Shown: one piece after another, positions 54,888 to 62,803 of the stretch
How the letters are laid out: each line of letters opens with the position of its first letter
How positions within the stretch are numbered: the first letter of the stretch is position 1
Assembly: GCA_963702895.1 (NCBI GenBank)
Contig: OY969767.1
Span: 1,440,001-1,504,000, forward strand
DNA from: an uncultured Elusimicrobia bacterium
GTDB lineage: Bacteria > Elusimicrobiota > Elusimicrobia > 2-01-FULL-59-12
Length of the DNA: 64,000 nucleotides
Direction: 5' to 3'
Made by a program: the position numbers and the translations under genes
The notes under the pieces: generated by a model
Database searches by the model: none
Seen by the model: only the letters and a program-made list of their open reading frames with translations
Told to the model about the DNA's origin: nothing

Positions 54888-55042
54888 GTTACCCCGGCGA
54901 AAGCCGGCCCTCCACACATCCGGCGGGCCGTCCGCCCTGCCGTGTGGCGGACGCGGTCTATCATGTTACGACGTAAATGATGGATCCGACACACTACAGT
55001 CGGACGCCTGTTGTGTGGCGTCCCGGCTTTCGCCGGGATGAC
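54888..55042. repeat. Composite palindromic element between convergent genes (possible terminator)
   Basis: GTTACCCCGGCGAAAGCCGG...CCGGCTTTCGCCGGGATGAC with two nested hairpin inserts. Confidence 0.85.
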
Positions 55043-55099
55043 GGACTAAAAAGTGCACGATGCTCAGACGATAGGATAAACTCAAGTGAAGATTCCCGG

Positions 55100-56062
55100 T
55101 TAATCGAGACGCGCTTTGAAGCGCCAGCCGATCGTGACACGGTGGGTCGTTCCGAGGTCGCCGAGAGGGATGAATGCGTAGTCTAAGGAAAGCTGTTTCT
55201 GGCGAAGCCCCACGCCTGCGCTAAAATCGGAAAGCCCCCCCAAGTCGGGCCGCGAGAAAGCATAACGATAACCCAGGCGGAAGGAGAAGAAGCGCCGCGG
55301 GTTGACCTCGATGCCGGCATCAATTTCTCCTTCCATGTCCATCCGTTTGACGTAATCCAAGGCCAGCAGCCACTGCGCGAAGGGTTGCCCGGAGATGCCT
55401 GCCCGAAAGGTCCACGGCAGCTTGACGGAGGCTTCCGAGAAGCGTGACGCAAAACCAAGATTCAATAAGGAAGCACCCAGATTCCAAGCATGCTCATCTT
55501 GGAGTTGATACATGATCCCGGCATCAACGGCCCCGGCGTTGGAGGACGCGTCCGCGAGCGATTCACGGATAAACTTGACGGTCCCCCCCACTTGAAGGTC
55601 GTCGGCGACAGGGCCTGCGCCGGAAAGGCCCAGGGACAGGTCATACGTGGATAAATCACCCGTTTCGCTAAAGCCTTCCCCTGTGTCGAGGCCCGTCGCG
55701 ACCGTGCGAGTGATCTGTCCGACCCGCAGGTAGTTCGCAGAAAGGCCCCAGCTGAGCGTCTTGTCACGGCCCGCTTGACCCAAGAGCACCGCCTCTTGAA
55801 CCGTGTCTTCAACATAGCTCAGGTGCTGGAAAGAAATTTGAGAAGCGATCATCGTGGCGAGACCCGCTGGGTTGTAGGGGAGCCCCTGGACATCATTCGG
55901 GACGGATGTAAAGGCTTGGCCCATGGCGGTGGAGCGCGCGCCAACGGGGATATTAAGGAACGCGAAACTGGACGTTCCGCTCGTCTGATCGGCTGGCAAA
56001 GAAGGGGTGACCACGGCGAGGCAGGCGGCCACGCCACAGGCCAAACGGAAACGGGACCTCAT
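55100..56062 (-). CDS. PorV/PorQ-family outer membrane beta-barrel
   Basis: FLNIPVGARSTAMG, YNPAGLA, DYAF.P.GDLG.THR. Confidence 0.82.
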   Translation of the reverse strand: MRSRFRLACGVAACLAVVTPSLPADQTSGTSSFAFLNIPVGARSTAMGQAFTSVPNDVQGLPYNPAGLATMIASQISFQHLSYVEDTVQEAVLLGQAGRDKTLSWGLSANYLRVGQITRTVATGLDTGEGFSETGDLSTYDLSLGLSGAGPVADDLQVGGTVKFIRESLADASSNAGAVDAGIMYQLQDEHAWNLGASLLNLGFASRFSEASVKLPWTFRAGISGQPFAQWLLALDYVKRMDMEGEIDAGIEVNPRRFFSFRLGYRYAFSRPDLGGLSDFSAGVGLRQKQLSLDYAFIPLGDLGTTHRVTIGWRFKARLD

Positions 56063-56228
56063 GAAGGGAAACAACCCATGCGCGGTTTATGTATATCAGG
56101 GGGGATGGCGCGCGGTCAATACAAAACTGACCTTAAAAAGAAAGGAATTTTCGAGCAAAAGAGCATCGCCAAACGGTGCAAAGCGAGGGTGCGGATGGTG
56201 TGTGGGGCCTATGACGCTCGAAGGGTTC

Positions 56229-56756
56229 TCAAAAGGCCCCCCATTTCTGTTTGCCGGGGATCCAGTAGCTCGGGCAGATAAAACGTAAGGCGCGCGCGAA
56301 TTTCTGAGCCCGCTCGAGAGAGGCCTCTCGTTTTGCGACGGCTCCCGCGAGGTCCTTCGAGAAGAGTTGGTGGAGATACTCTTCAGCCGCCTGCTTCCGT
56401 TCCGCTTCCGTCTTGAATTGCTTCCGAATGGCCGCGAGCTCCCCGACATCAAGCCAAACGCCTCCACAGGCGGGGCAATCATCGATCTCAATTTCTTGCC
56501 GCACCGTAAAATAATGCCGGAAAAGCGTCTGATCCTGACATCGGGGACACAGCCGTTTGAGATTATGGTTTACGGGGATACGGTCGTGTGGGCTCATGTT
56601 CAGCAAAGGCTCACCAAGAGATTCATGTGCTTCATCCACTTTCTTGAGTTCAAAGTTGTCCAACCAAATACCTCCACATCTTTGATCACAGATATCGACC
56701 GCTAAATCGGCTTGCTGCATCTCTTTTAGCACTCCATCACATGCGGGACATTTCAT
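56229..56756 (-). CDS. Double zinc-ribbon (zf-TFIIB-like) protein
   Basis: CPAC..C..CGGIWLD and CPRC..CPACGGVWLD. Confidence 0.8.
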   Translation of the reverse strand: MKCPACDGVLKEMQQADLAVDICDQRCGGIWLDNFELKKVDEAHESLGEPLLNMSPHDRIPVNHNLKRLCPRCQDQTLFRHYFTVRQEIEIDDCPACGGVWLDVGELAAIRKQFKTEAERKQAAEEYLHQLFSKDLAGAVAKREASLERAQKFARALRFICPSYWIPGKQKWGAF

Positions 56757-56820
56757 GAGCGTGCCTCCTTGTTAGTTTCAAACTGAACGACCTGCTAGCC
56801 GGGAAACTGCCGTTGCCGTC

Positions 56821-56875
56821 AGCCGGCCCTCCACACATCCGGCGCCCGCCACACGTCTAGCGAGGCCTCGCCGGA
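56821..56875. repeat. Remnant of the composite palindromic element
   Basis: AGCCGGCCCTCCACACATCCGGCG identical to a segment at about 54902. Confidence 0.7.
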
Positions 56876-56878
56876 TCA

Positions 56879-57241
56879 TCAGAAAATCCGGACACGGCGC
56901 TTGTGAAAATCAATCGTGAGCCGGCGCTCTTCCAATAAGCGTGTCCCAATCAAAATATCTTTTGCATGCGAAGCGACGGTATCGACTTCCTGGGTTCTCC
57001 CAAACCATCGAATTCGTCCGACAAATACTTTTTCTCGAACCACATCGCCGGTCGCAATCTCGTACGACTCATATCCGATCCAACGCCAACCCAATCGTTG
57101 AATCAGAGATTCAGGCAGACTTAACGTGCCGTTGAATCCTGTGTCGATGACGGCGGAGTGAGATTGAGAACGATTCGTGGAAAACAGAAGGAAGATTCGG
57201 ACGACGGGCTCACCACGGGAATTAACATGCCCTTTGAGCAT
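56879..57241 (-). CDS. Clan AA single-domain aspartic protease (AF_0612-like)
   Basis: AVIDTGFNG and LIGTRLL motifs. Confidence 0.85.
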   Translation of the reverse strand: MLKGHVNSRGEPVVRIFLLFSTNRSQSHSAVIDTGFNGTLSLPESLIQRLGWRWIGYESYEIATGDVVREKVFVGRIRWFGRTQEVDTVASHAKDILIGTRLLEERRLTIDFHKRRVRIF

Positions 57242-57484
57242 CTACCCGTGTCGGCGCAATTTATGAACGGCAGGATAGCCGATCCGGAAAAAGTCAAATA
57301 CTTTGTTTGGAAATGCCGTCATCGCGTGCCGGGCGGCTTCCAGGACATCCTTTCCCAAAAAGTACTGTCCAGAATCGGGCTCGACAGCGACAACCTGTCC
57401 TTTATGATCGGCGAGCAGGCGCCGTTCCACTTGGCGGAAGAGTTTAGAGGCTTTTCGAAATTTCTGGAGTTCTTTTTTGCTCAC
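57242..57484 (-). CDS. Small hypothetical protein partnered with the aspartic protease
   Basis: GQVVAVEPDSGQYFLG..FFRIG pattern; stop abuts protease start. Confidence 0.7.
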   Translation of the reverse strand: MSKKELQKFRKASKLFRQVERRLLADHKGQVVAVEPDSGQYFLGKDVLEAARHAMTAFPNKVFDFFRIGYPAVHKLRRHG

Positions 57485-57681
57485 GGTGACTCATATTTTA
57501 ACATACTCTTGCGTCGCTTGAGGCGGGGTCACCATCGCCACGCGCTAGCGCTAGGCGATGGCCAACGACACCTTCGCTCAATGGCGAAGGAGGTCGGTCT
57601 CGTGACACACAGGGCCGACGGTACCAGCTGTCCCGTCCCCTATATACGTTCGAAAATCGCTGGCTCACACAACGGACCTGC

Positions 57682-57769
57682 AGCCGGGGATCGGATTTCC
57701 CGCCACTACACCGTTGGCGGGTCCGCCAGAGCTTCGGTGGCGGAGAACCGACGACCACCTGTTTACGAA
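57682..57769 (-). pseudogene. tRNA-Thr(CGU) 3' half with 46-bp T-loop insertion (att-like remnant)
   Basis: TTCGTAA ACAGG TGGTC GTCGG TTC[46 nt]AAAT CCGAT CCCCGGC T GCA. Confidence 0.85.
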
Positions 57770-57856
57770 TTCTTTGGGACGCCACTCACGATCATTTGGA
57801 ATCCAATTGATTACAAATATGAAAACCTAAATTCTCGGTTTTCCGCCGCAGCCAGG

Positions 57857-57968
57857 ATTCCAAGATTCTTCCAACATTACTCCAAGATTTGGTCGACGTC
57901 ATTCCAAGAAAAGCCTGATCTTGTACTACAAAAGAAATCCAAGATCATCGGATACAGATTCCAAGTTA
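57857..57968 (+). repeat. Six direct repeats of ATTCCAAGATT-like 11-mer
   Basis: Copies at 57857, 57868, 57879, 57901, 57936, 57958. Confidence 0.75.
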
Positions 57969-58511
57969 TTGTCGGAGTGTCATCCCGGATTGATCGGCGC
58001 GGACAAACATCCCCATCACATCCAAATCGGAGACGTTTAAATCTTCATCCTTTGGCGGAAGGGTCTGGGTTCCGAGAGGCCGCGTATAGGACAGAATGTA
58101 GTTCAAGAATTCGCCTGAAGGACTCCGCCATTGTCCTGACCACGTCAGGATTACGAGTTGTCTGTTATTAGCGGAAACAATTTTCCGTTTCCATTTCCAC
58201 AATGTGACCGGCGGTTCTTTTGATTTAACTTGGTCTGTCTTAAGCGCCTGCCACCTGTCCCGCGCCAGCGCATTGGACAACTCTGCGATCACATCAGAGG
58301 CCGGATAGCTCGCCTTCACTCTATAAATCACCTGATCAGGTTGCCATCCATTTGGATATTGGCACTCCAAGTACTCGACGTCGGTGGCTCCCTTGACAGC
58401 GAAAAGCGATTTCGGATGATCTTGCGGGTTGGGATGGCATTCCAGAGCGTACGTCAGTTGAATGAGCGCGGTGAGGAGAGCAGCGGCAAGAAGACAGCCG
58501 ATTCGACTCAT
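57966..58511 (-). CDS. Secreted hypothetical protein
   Basis: Signal peptide, 181 aa, lower GC, GGAGG RBS. Confidence 0.7.
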   Translation of the reverse strand: MSRIGCLLAAALLTALIQLTYALECHPNPQDHPKSLFAVKGATDVEYLECQYPNGWQPDQVIYRVKASYPASDVIAELSNALARDRWQALKTDQVKSKEPPVTLWKWKRKIVSANNRQLVILTWSGQWRSPSGEFLNYILSYTRPLGTQTLPPKDEDLNVSDLDVMGMFVRADQSGMTLRQ

Positions 58512-58661
58512 TATTCCGGCCTCCTATTCCTAGAAGAGGTATTCCAAGGCCATTGCGTCGTAATTGTCACATCGGTTTCGACATACGTTGCGCTAGCCAC
58601 GGGAGACGCCTCAAATTCTGGGAAATTTTGCTGATAAGCGCCACTTCCCACAAAAAAATTA

Positions 58662-58744
58662 AGCCGGGGAAGGGACTCCCCGCCACTGAGTCTCTGGCGT
58701 TCCCGCCAATGCCGTAGTGGCGGGGAACCCACGACCTTCTCTTT
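58662..58744 (-). pseudogene. Second tRNA-Thr-like 3' half with 46-bp T-loop insertion
   Basis: AA AGAGA AGGTC GTGGG TTC[46 nt]GAGT CCCTT CCCCGGC T. Confidence 0.78.
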
Positions 58745-58823
58745 CCGCCCCCATCCTAATTTCGTAAACCTCAAAACTCTTTACCGTCTGGGGTCGTCTG
58801 ATGGTGGTTCCCATCGTAAAATA

Positions 58824-58896
58824 AGCCGAGGATCGGACTTGAACCGACAACATCTCCCTTACGAAGGGAGTGCTCTACCAATTGAGCTACCTCGGC
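58824..58896 (-). tRNA. tRNA-Thr(CGU), CCA not encoded
   Basis: GCCGAGG TA GCTC AATTGGTA GAGC A CTCCC TTCGTAA GGGAG ATGTT GTCGG TTCAAGT CCGAT CCTCGGC T; full cloverleaf. Confidence 0.97.
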
Positions 58897-59128
58897 GTAA
58901 ATCGGTCGCTTTAGTTGCCTTAAATTTGCTCGTAACATCGGTAAACGCTTCATCGATTTTCGAATCGATCCGATCTGCGCTTTTAAAACGCAAATCTTAG
59001 ACCAACGTGAATACATCCCGTGAGAGTAGGCCATCCAGCCTACGTCACCCACCCAGTTCTCAGTAGCCTTTTGTTAGCGGCAATTTGAACCTATGCCAGC
59101 TTGTAAAGCAGGAACAGCCATAGTGTAA

Positions 59129-59425
59129 TTATCGCCGAGCAGATTCCCAGCGCTTAGCGGCCAGCGTAAAAGCATGGCGATGTTTTGACCAATCATGCAA
59201 GATCGCTGGATCAAAATCAGCGCCATTGGGCCACACAAGCGTGTGAACTTCGCGGTCAAGGCGAACTCGATTAAAGACCCTTGGATTTTTTAATGGCCCG
59301 TAAAGGTCCCCAGCCAGAACAGGCTGGAAATCAATTGTTCGCTTGCATTGATCATCGAACGATATTTCCAAGGTGTAAGGACCTGCCTTTTTAAACGATC
59401 GAATTTTATAAATGGAATGTTTCAT
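59129..59425 (-). CDS. DUF2442 putative antitoxin
   Basis: L.ISFDD, WPNGADFDP; downstream of DUF4160 gene. Confidence 0.85.
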   Translation of the reverse strand: MKHSIYKIRSFKKAGPYTLEISFDDQCKRTIDFQPVLAGDLYGPLKNPRVFNRVRLDREVHTLVWPNGADFDPAILHDWSKHRHAFTLAAKRWESARR

Positions 59426-59645
59426 AATCGCCTCACTTAAGCGGTTTAATAGGCTCTGGCTTCCGCCCAGCTTGCAATCTCTGCCAGTCCAGCATCAATT
59501 CTTTCCTATGAAGTTCTGCCCATGCCTCGACTAACCGACGCTGTCTTTTTGGGAGAGAGCCGGATATTGTTTCAATCGGATCAATCCCATAAACAGCCAC
59601 GTGCTCCTGATAATAGGCGTGAAAATGTGCTTTATGGTGTCGACC

Positions 59646-60917
59646 CACTGGTGTCCGGTAAAAGTTAGCCGAAGCTTAGCCATAGCTGAGGCTCCATAGT
59701 TCGAACTTTTGAAAGATTCTTTTCGGGCATACGCAATAGATCGATGAGACTGAGCCGGTCGAGAAGGGTATTCTGAACCAACCGGTGCAGCAAGAACAGC
59801 GAACGCTGGAATCGTGTCTGGAACTTGATGTAGGCCAGGAGCAGGAAATAGCACAAGGCCACCCAGATTTGGGTAAAGACGGCATTTTTGGAAGTGCCGA
59901 GGAACGTTTTGATTTTGAGATGCTGCTTGAGCCACTTGAAGAACAGCTCGATCTGCCAACGGGCCTTATAGATTTGGGCAATGGTGAAAGCGGCCAGTTT
60001 GAAGTTATTGGTCATAAACTGGTAAGTGATGGCGGTGTCGGCATCGTAGTAGCCGATGAGTCGTAAAGGTTTCTTGTATTTCGTCTTGGTGCGTGGGCCT
60101 GTAAGCTCAATGGTGCGATCGTACAACAGGCCGTTTTTTAAGGGAATTTCTTGCTGTCCGGTGATGCGGCAGGTGAGGTTGTCTTTGGCACGGGTGACGA
60201 AGAAAGAGCCGAGATCGTCGATCTGACGGTACCAGCCGTAATCCATGTAGCCGCGGTCGAAGACATAGATGCTGTCCGGTTCTAAGGGAAAAAGACGTTT
60301 GGCGGCATGGTCGAAGCACTTTCCATCGGTGATGACGGCAAAGGAAGGGATTTGGCCACGCAAGTCCAGTTGGCAATGCAGTTTGATCGCTCCTTTGGCC
60401 TGTTTAAAGGTGGCCCAAGGGAAAAGGTTCAGGCACAGTTCCATGTTCGTGGAATCGAAGCAGGTCACTTTGTGTTTAAAACGGAACTGATGCTTAGGCG
60501 CGATGGCTTGGCACCGATCCAGCAGGTGATAGAAGAGCTTTTCCATGATGCGCCAGTCGCGCCCAGCGTTAGCGTCAGCCAGGGTAGAACGTTTCACTGG
60601 CGGCAGCCCCAAGTGATAGAGCTTGGGTTGTTGCGTGCCTAAAGCCGTCTGGATGTCACGCAGGCTTGTTTTACCGCTGGCCTGAGCATAGAGGAGTGTC
60701 GTGAGCTGGTTCCAAGTCGAGAATTTTTTAACGTAGGCGTCGCCGCCGAAGCCAGAAACGGCTTGGTCGAACTGATGTCGTGGTAAAAGGAGAAGCAGTT
60801 GGTTCATTATGGTGTTAGAATGCATGAGCGAAATCCTCCCTCGGACAGAATGGTTTGCTTGGTCGCAATCATTCTACCGAACCAGGGGGATTTCGCATTT
60901 TTAACCGGACACGAGTG
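59646..60917 (-). mobile_element. Complete IS4-family insertion sequence (1272 bp)
   Basis: IRs CACTGGTGTCCGGT / CACTCGTGTCCGGT; 9-bp TSD GTGTCGACC at 59637-59645 and 60918-60926. Confidence 0.95.
59665..60825 (-). CDS. IS4-family DDE transposase (DUF4372 N-terminus)
   Basis: DST, FDRGY, YKARWQIELFFKWLKQ (YREK signature). Confidence 0.96.
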   Translation of the reverse strand: MHSNTIMNQLLLLLPRHQFDQAVSGFGGDAYVKKFSTWNQLTTLLYAQASGKTSLRDIQTALGTQQPKLYHLGLPPVKRSTLADANAGRDWRIMEKLFYHLLDRCQAIAPKHQFRFKHKVTCFDSTNMELCLNLFPWATFKQAKGAIKLHCQLDLRGQIPSFAVITDGKCFDHAAKRLFPLEPDSIYVFDRGYMDYGWYRQIDDLGSFFVTRAKDNLTCRITGQQEIPLKNGLLYDRTIELTGPRTKTKYKKPLRLIGYYDADTAITYQFMTNNFKLAAFTIAQIYKARWQIELFFKWLKQHLKIKTFLGTSKNAVFTQIWVALCYFLLLAYIKFQTRFQRSLFLLHRLVQNTLLDRLSLIDLLRMPEKNLSKVRTMEPQLWLSFG

Positions 60918-61165
60918 GTGTCGACCACCAAACTCCGCGAACATGCGGATAATAATGCCGAAAAAGCGGCTCAGCTCAGGCACGGGAACATTCTACTACT
61001 TCGAACAAACCTAGCTCGGCTAGCATGACGTTTCAAGACACATTGCTTTCGATAAATACTGGACTGACTTCGCTATTCCTCTGAATTTCCAAGGATATCC
61101 CGGAATTTCGGTACTTTTCGCGAAAACTCGCATTGATTATCAAACACTTTGTTTCGAGCAACGTT

Positions 61166-61203
61166 TTTCAAAACAGCGGCTCCACCAACCGAGCTAGCCC
61201 GGC
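61166..61203 (-). pseudogene. Degenerate tRNA-Thr-like 5' half
   Basis: GCCGGGC TA GCTC GGTTGGTG GAGC C GCTGT TTTGAAA, then no 3' half. Confidence 0.7.
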
Positions 61204-61247
61204 TAGCAGACCGCCACCTACACAAATTCATGGAATTATAAATCTTT

Positions 61248-62786
61248 TTAGGAAAGGCCAAAGAACTGACGGATACGCCGGCTCAGGGATTCTTGGGGTT
61301 CAGGTGCAGAAGAAGGAAGACGGCTCGCTCCGCGCGCGGCCGCCTGTGCCAGGAACGCCTGCCGCCGCGTGACGAGCGCCGCGAGCTTGTCGCTGAGTTC
61401 AGGTCGCTTGGCCATGACCCGCTGGATCGCCGGCTTATCAATTTCCAGGACCTCGAGCGCCGTTTTCGCGATCACCGTGGCGGCCCTCGGGTCGCCCGTC
61501 AAGACCGACATCTCTCCAAAAATGTCACGCGGCCCAAGGGACGCCACGGGCGCCTGAGGGTCTTCTTTGAGCCAGACTTCGACCTGGCCGCTGATGATGG
61601 AGTACAGGGTCTGTCCCGGCGCGCCTTGCTGAAAAATGACTTCGCGTGGCGCAAAAAGACGATAGGTCGTGGATCGGGAGAGCTCTTTGAGCTCCTCGTT
61701 GAAGAAGGCCTCGGCCAGGCTCCAACGCTTGAGCTCGTCTTCGACACGGTCCTGCTCTTTCCGGGAATGCTCCGAGGCGCGCTCAAGCTGCACCGTCCGT
61801 ATGGGGAAGGGGATGGTGATGCCTTCGCGTTTAAAGGCATACCAGACCTTGGTCAAGACCTCATCCTGGATGCGAAAGCGCTGCGCGAAGTCCTCAATCC
61901 AATAAAAGAGCCCATACACCATGGCGGACTCCCCGTATTCCAGCAAAGGGGCCACCGGAGAGGGAGACCGAACCACGCCGGAGGTCGTCTGCGCGCAATC
62001 CCTCAGGATTTCTTTCACGCGCTCCGGCACCACCGCATAAGAGACCCCAACCTTGAGCATGAGCCTCTTCACCGGGTCCCCGGCCGTATGGTTGACAAAC
62101 GTGTCCTTCTGCAACAGGGTGTTCGGGATATAGACCCGGTGAGATTCCAAAGTCTCGATCGTGGTCCGGGCCCAGTTGATCGTGATCACACGGCCTTCTT
62201 TGCCGTCGAAACTAATCCAGTCCCCGATCCGGACGATATGGCCCAGACCAACCCCAGCGATAAAGGTCTTGATGGAATCTTGCAGGGCCAACGCGATGGC
62301 GGCGGTGGCAATGGTCGGGATGGCCACCAAGGCCAGGGGATTAAAATGAAGCACATAGCGCAAGATCGGGAGAAAGGCCACGACAAAGATCGAAAACTTG
62401 ATCACCGTCCGAAGCGGCGGGGAAATGTAGACGTGCCTGATTTGGACCAGATAGTATTGCAGCAGAAAGACATCCAAGAGCGCCACCACACCCATCGCGG
62501 CTGAGACGCACGTCACAAAGAGGTATGCCGTAATGACGAAGCTGGGCAAAAGACTCGCCAGCGGCGAGGACAAGAGGAAGGCGAGGCCCGCGAAGAGCAG
62601 GAAAGTGCTGAAGAAATGGAGGGTGTCCCCCCACGAGACTTTGATCCGTCTGCGGTAAAGAAAATACCGGAGTCCCAAATAGAGCGGAAACCCTATCCCC
62701 AACACAACCAGCGATCCTTGCAAGGCAAAGACGTACTCTGGAACTTCCTTCATTTGCTGGAAGAGGTCTTGAAAGCTGTTGATCAT
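61248..62786 (-). CDS. MscS-family channel with C-terminal cNMP-binding domain
   Basis: ALALQD, RIGDWI, IPFP; FGEMS..TG.PRAATV. Confidence 0.92.
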   Translation of the reverse strand: MINSFQDLFQQMKEVPEYVFALQGSLVVLGIGFPLYLGLRYFLYRRRIKVSWGDTLHFFSTFLLFAGLAFLLSSPLASLLPSFVITAYLFVTCVSAAMGVVALLDVFLLQYYLVQIRHVYISPPLRTVIKFSIFVVAFLPILRYVLHFNPLALVAIPTIATAAIALALQDSIKTFIAGVGLGHIVRIGDWISFDGKEGRVITINWARTTIETLESHRVYIPNTLLQKDTFVNHTAGDPVKRLMLKVGVSYAVVPERVKEILRDCAQTTSGVVRSPSPVAPLLEYGESAMVYGLFYWIEDFAQRFRIQDEVLTKVWYAFKREGITIPFPIRTVQLERASEHSRKEQDRVEDELKRWSLAEAFFNEELKELSRSTTYRLFAPREVIFQQGAPGQTLYSIISGQVEVWLKEDPQAPVASLGPRDIFGEMSVLTGDPRAATVIAKTALEVLEIDKPAIQRVMAKRPELSDKLAALVTRRQAFLAQAAARGASRLPSSAPEPQESLSRRIRQFFGLS

Positions 62787-62803
62787 CTTACGCTCATAAA
62801 AAC

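Larger units (their letters stand above)
59433..60983 (-). pseudogene. DUF4160 putative toxin interrupted by IS
   Basis: Joining 60983-60918 to 59636-59433 gives 89 aa MPELSRFFGIIIRMF...HHKAHFHAYY...W. Confidence 0.9.

Noticed and set aside
57857..57968. Possible CRISPR array
   Set aside because: Repeats are only 11 bp, partly abutting, with no regular spacers and no cas genes
57158..58171. 337-aa plus-strand ORF
   Set aside because: Runs antisense over better-supported genes, hairpins and a tRNA remnant; no recognisable motifs
57498..58774. Two ORFs sharing VVGSPP..W..RQR.SGG peptide
   Set aside because: Similarity is the translation of the tRNA T-arm plus 46-bp insert, not a protein family
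58897..59128. ORF fragments upstream of tRNA-Thr
   Set aside because: Interrupted by stops and no recognisable family; probably decayed cargo
61166..61203. Functional tRNA-Ser(UGA) or trans-spliced tRNA
   Set aside because: No contiguous 3' half, D-loop substitutions, no splice motifs seen; treated as a remnant
61293..62504. Long plus-strand ORFs (also 13194-14159, 34291-35457, 40973-41779)
   Set aside because: Antisense shadows of GC-rich genuine genes
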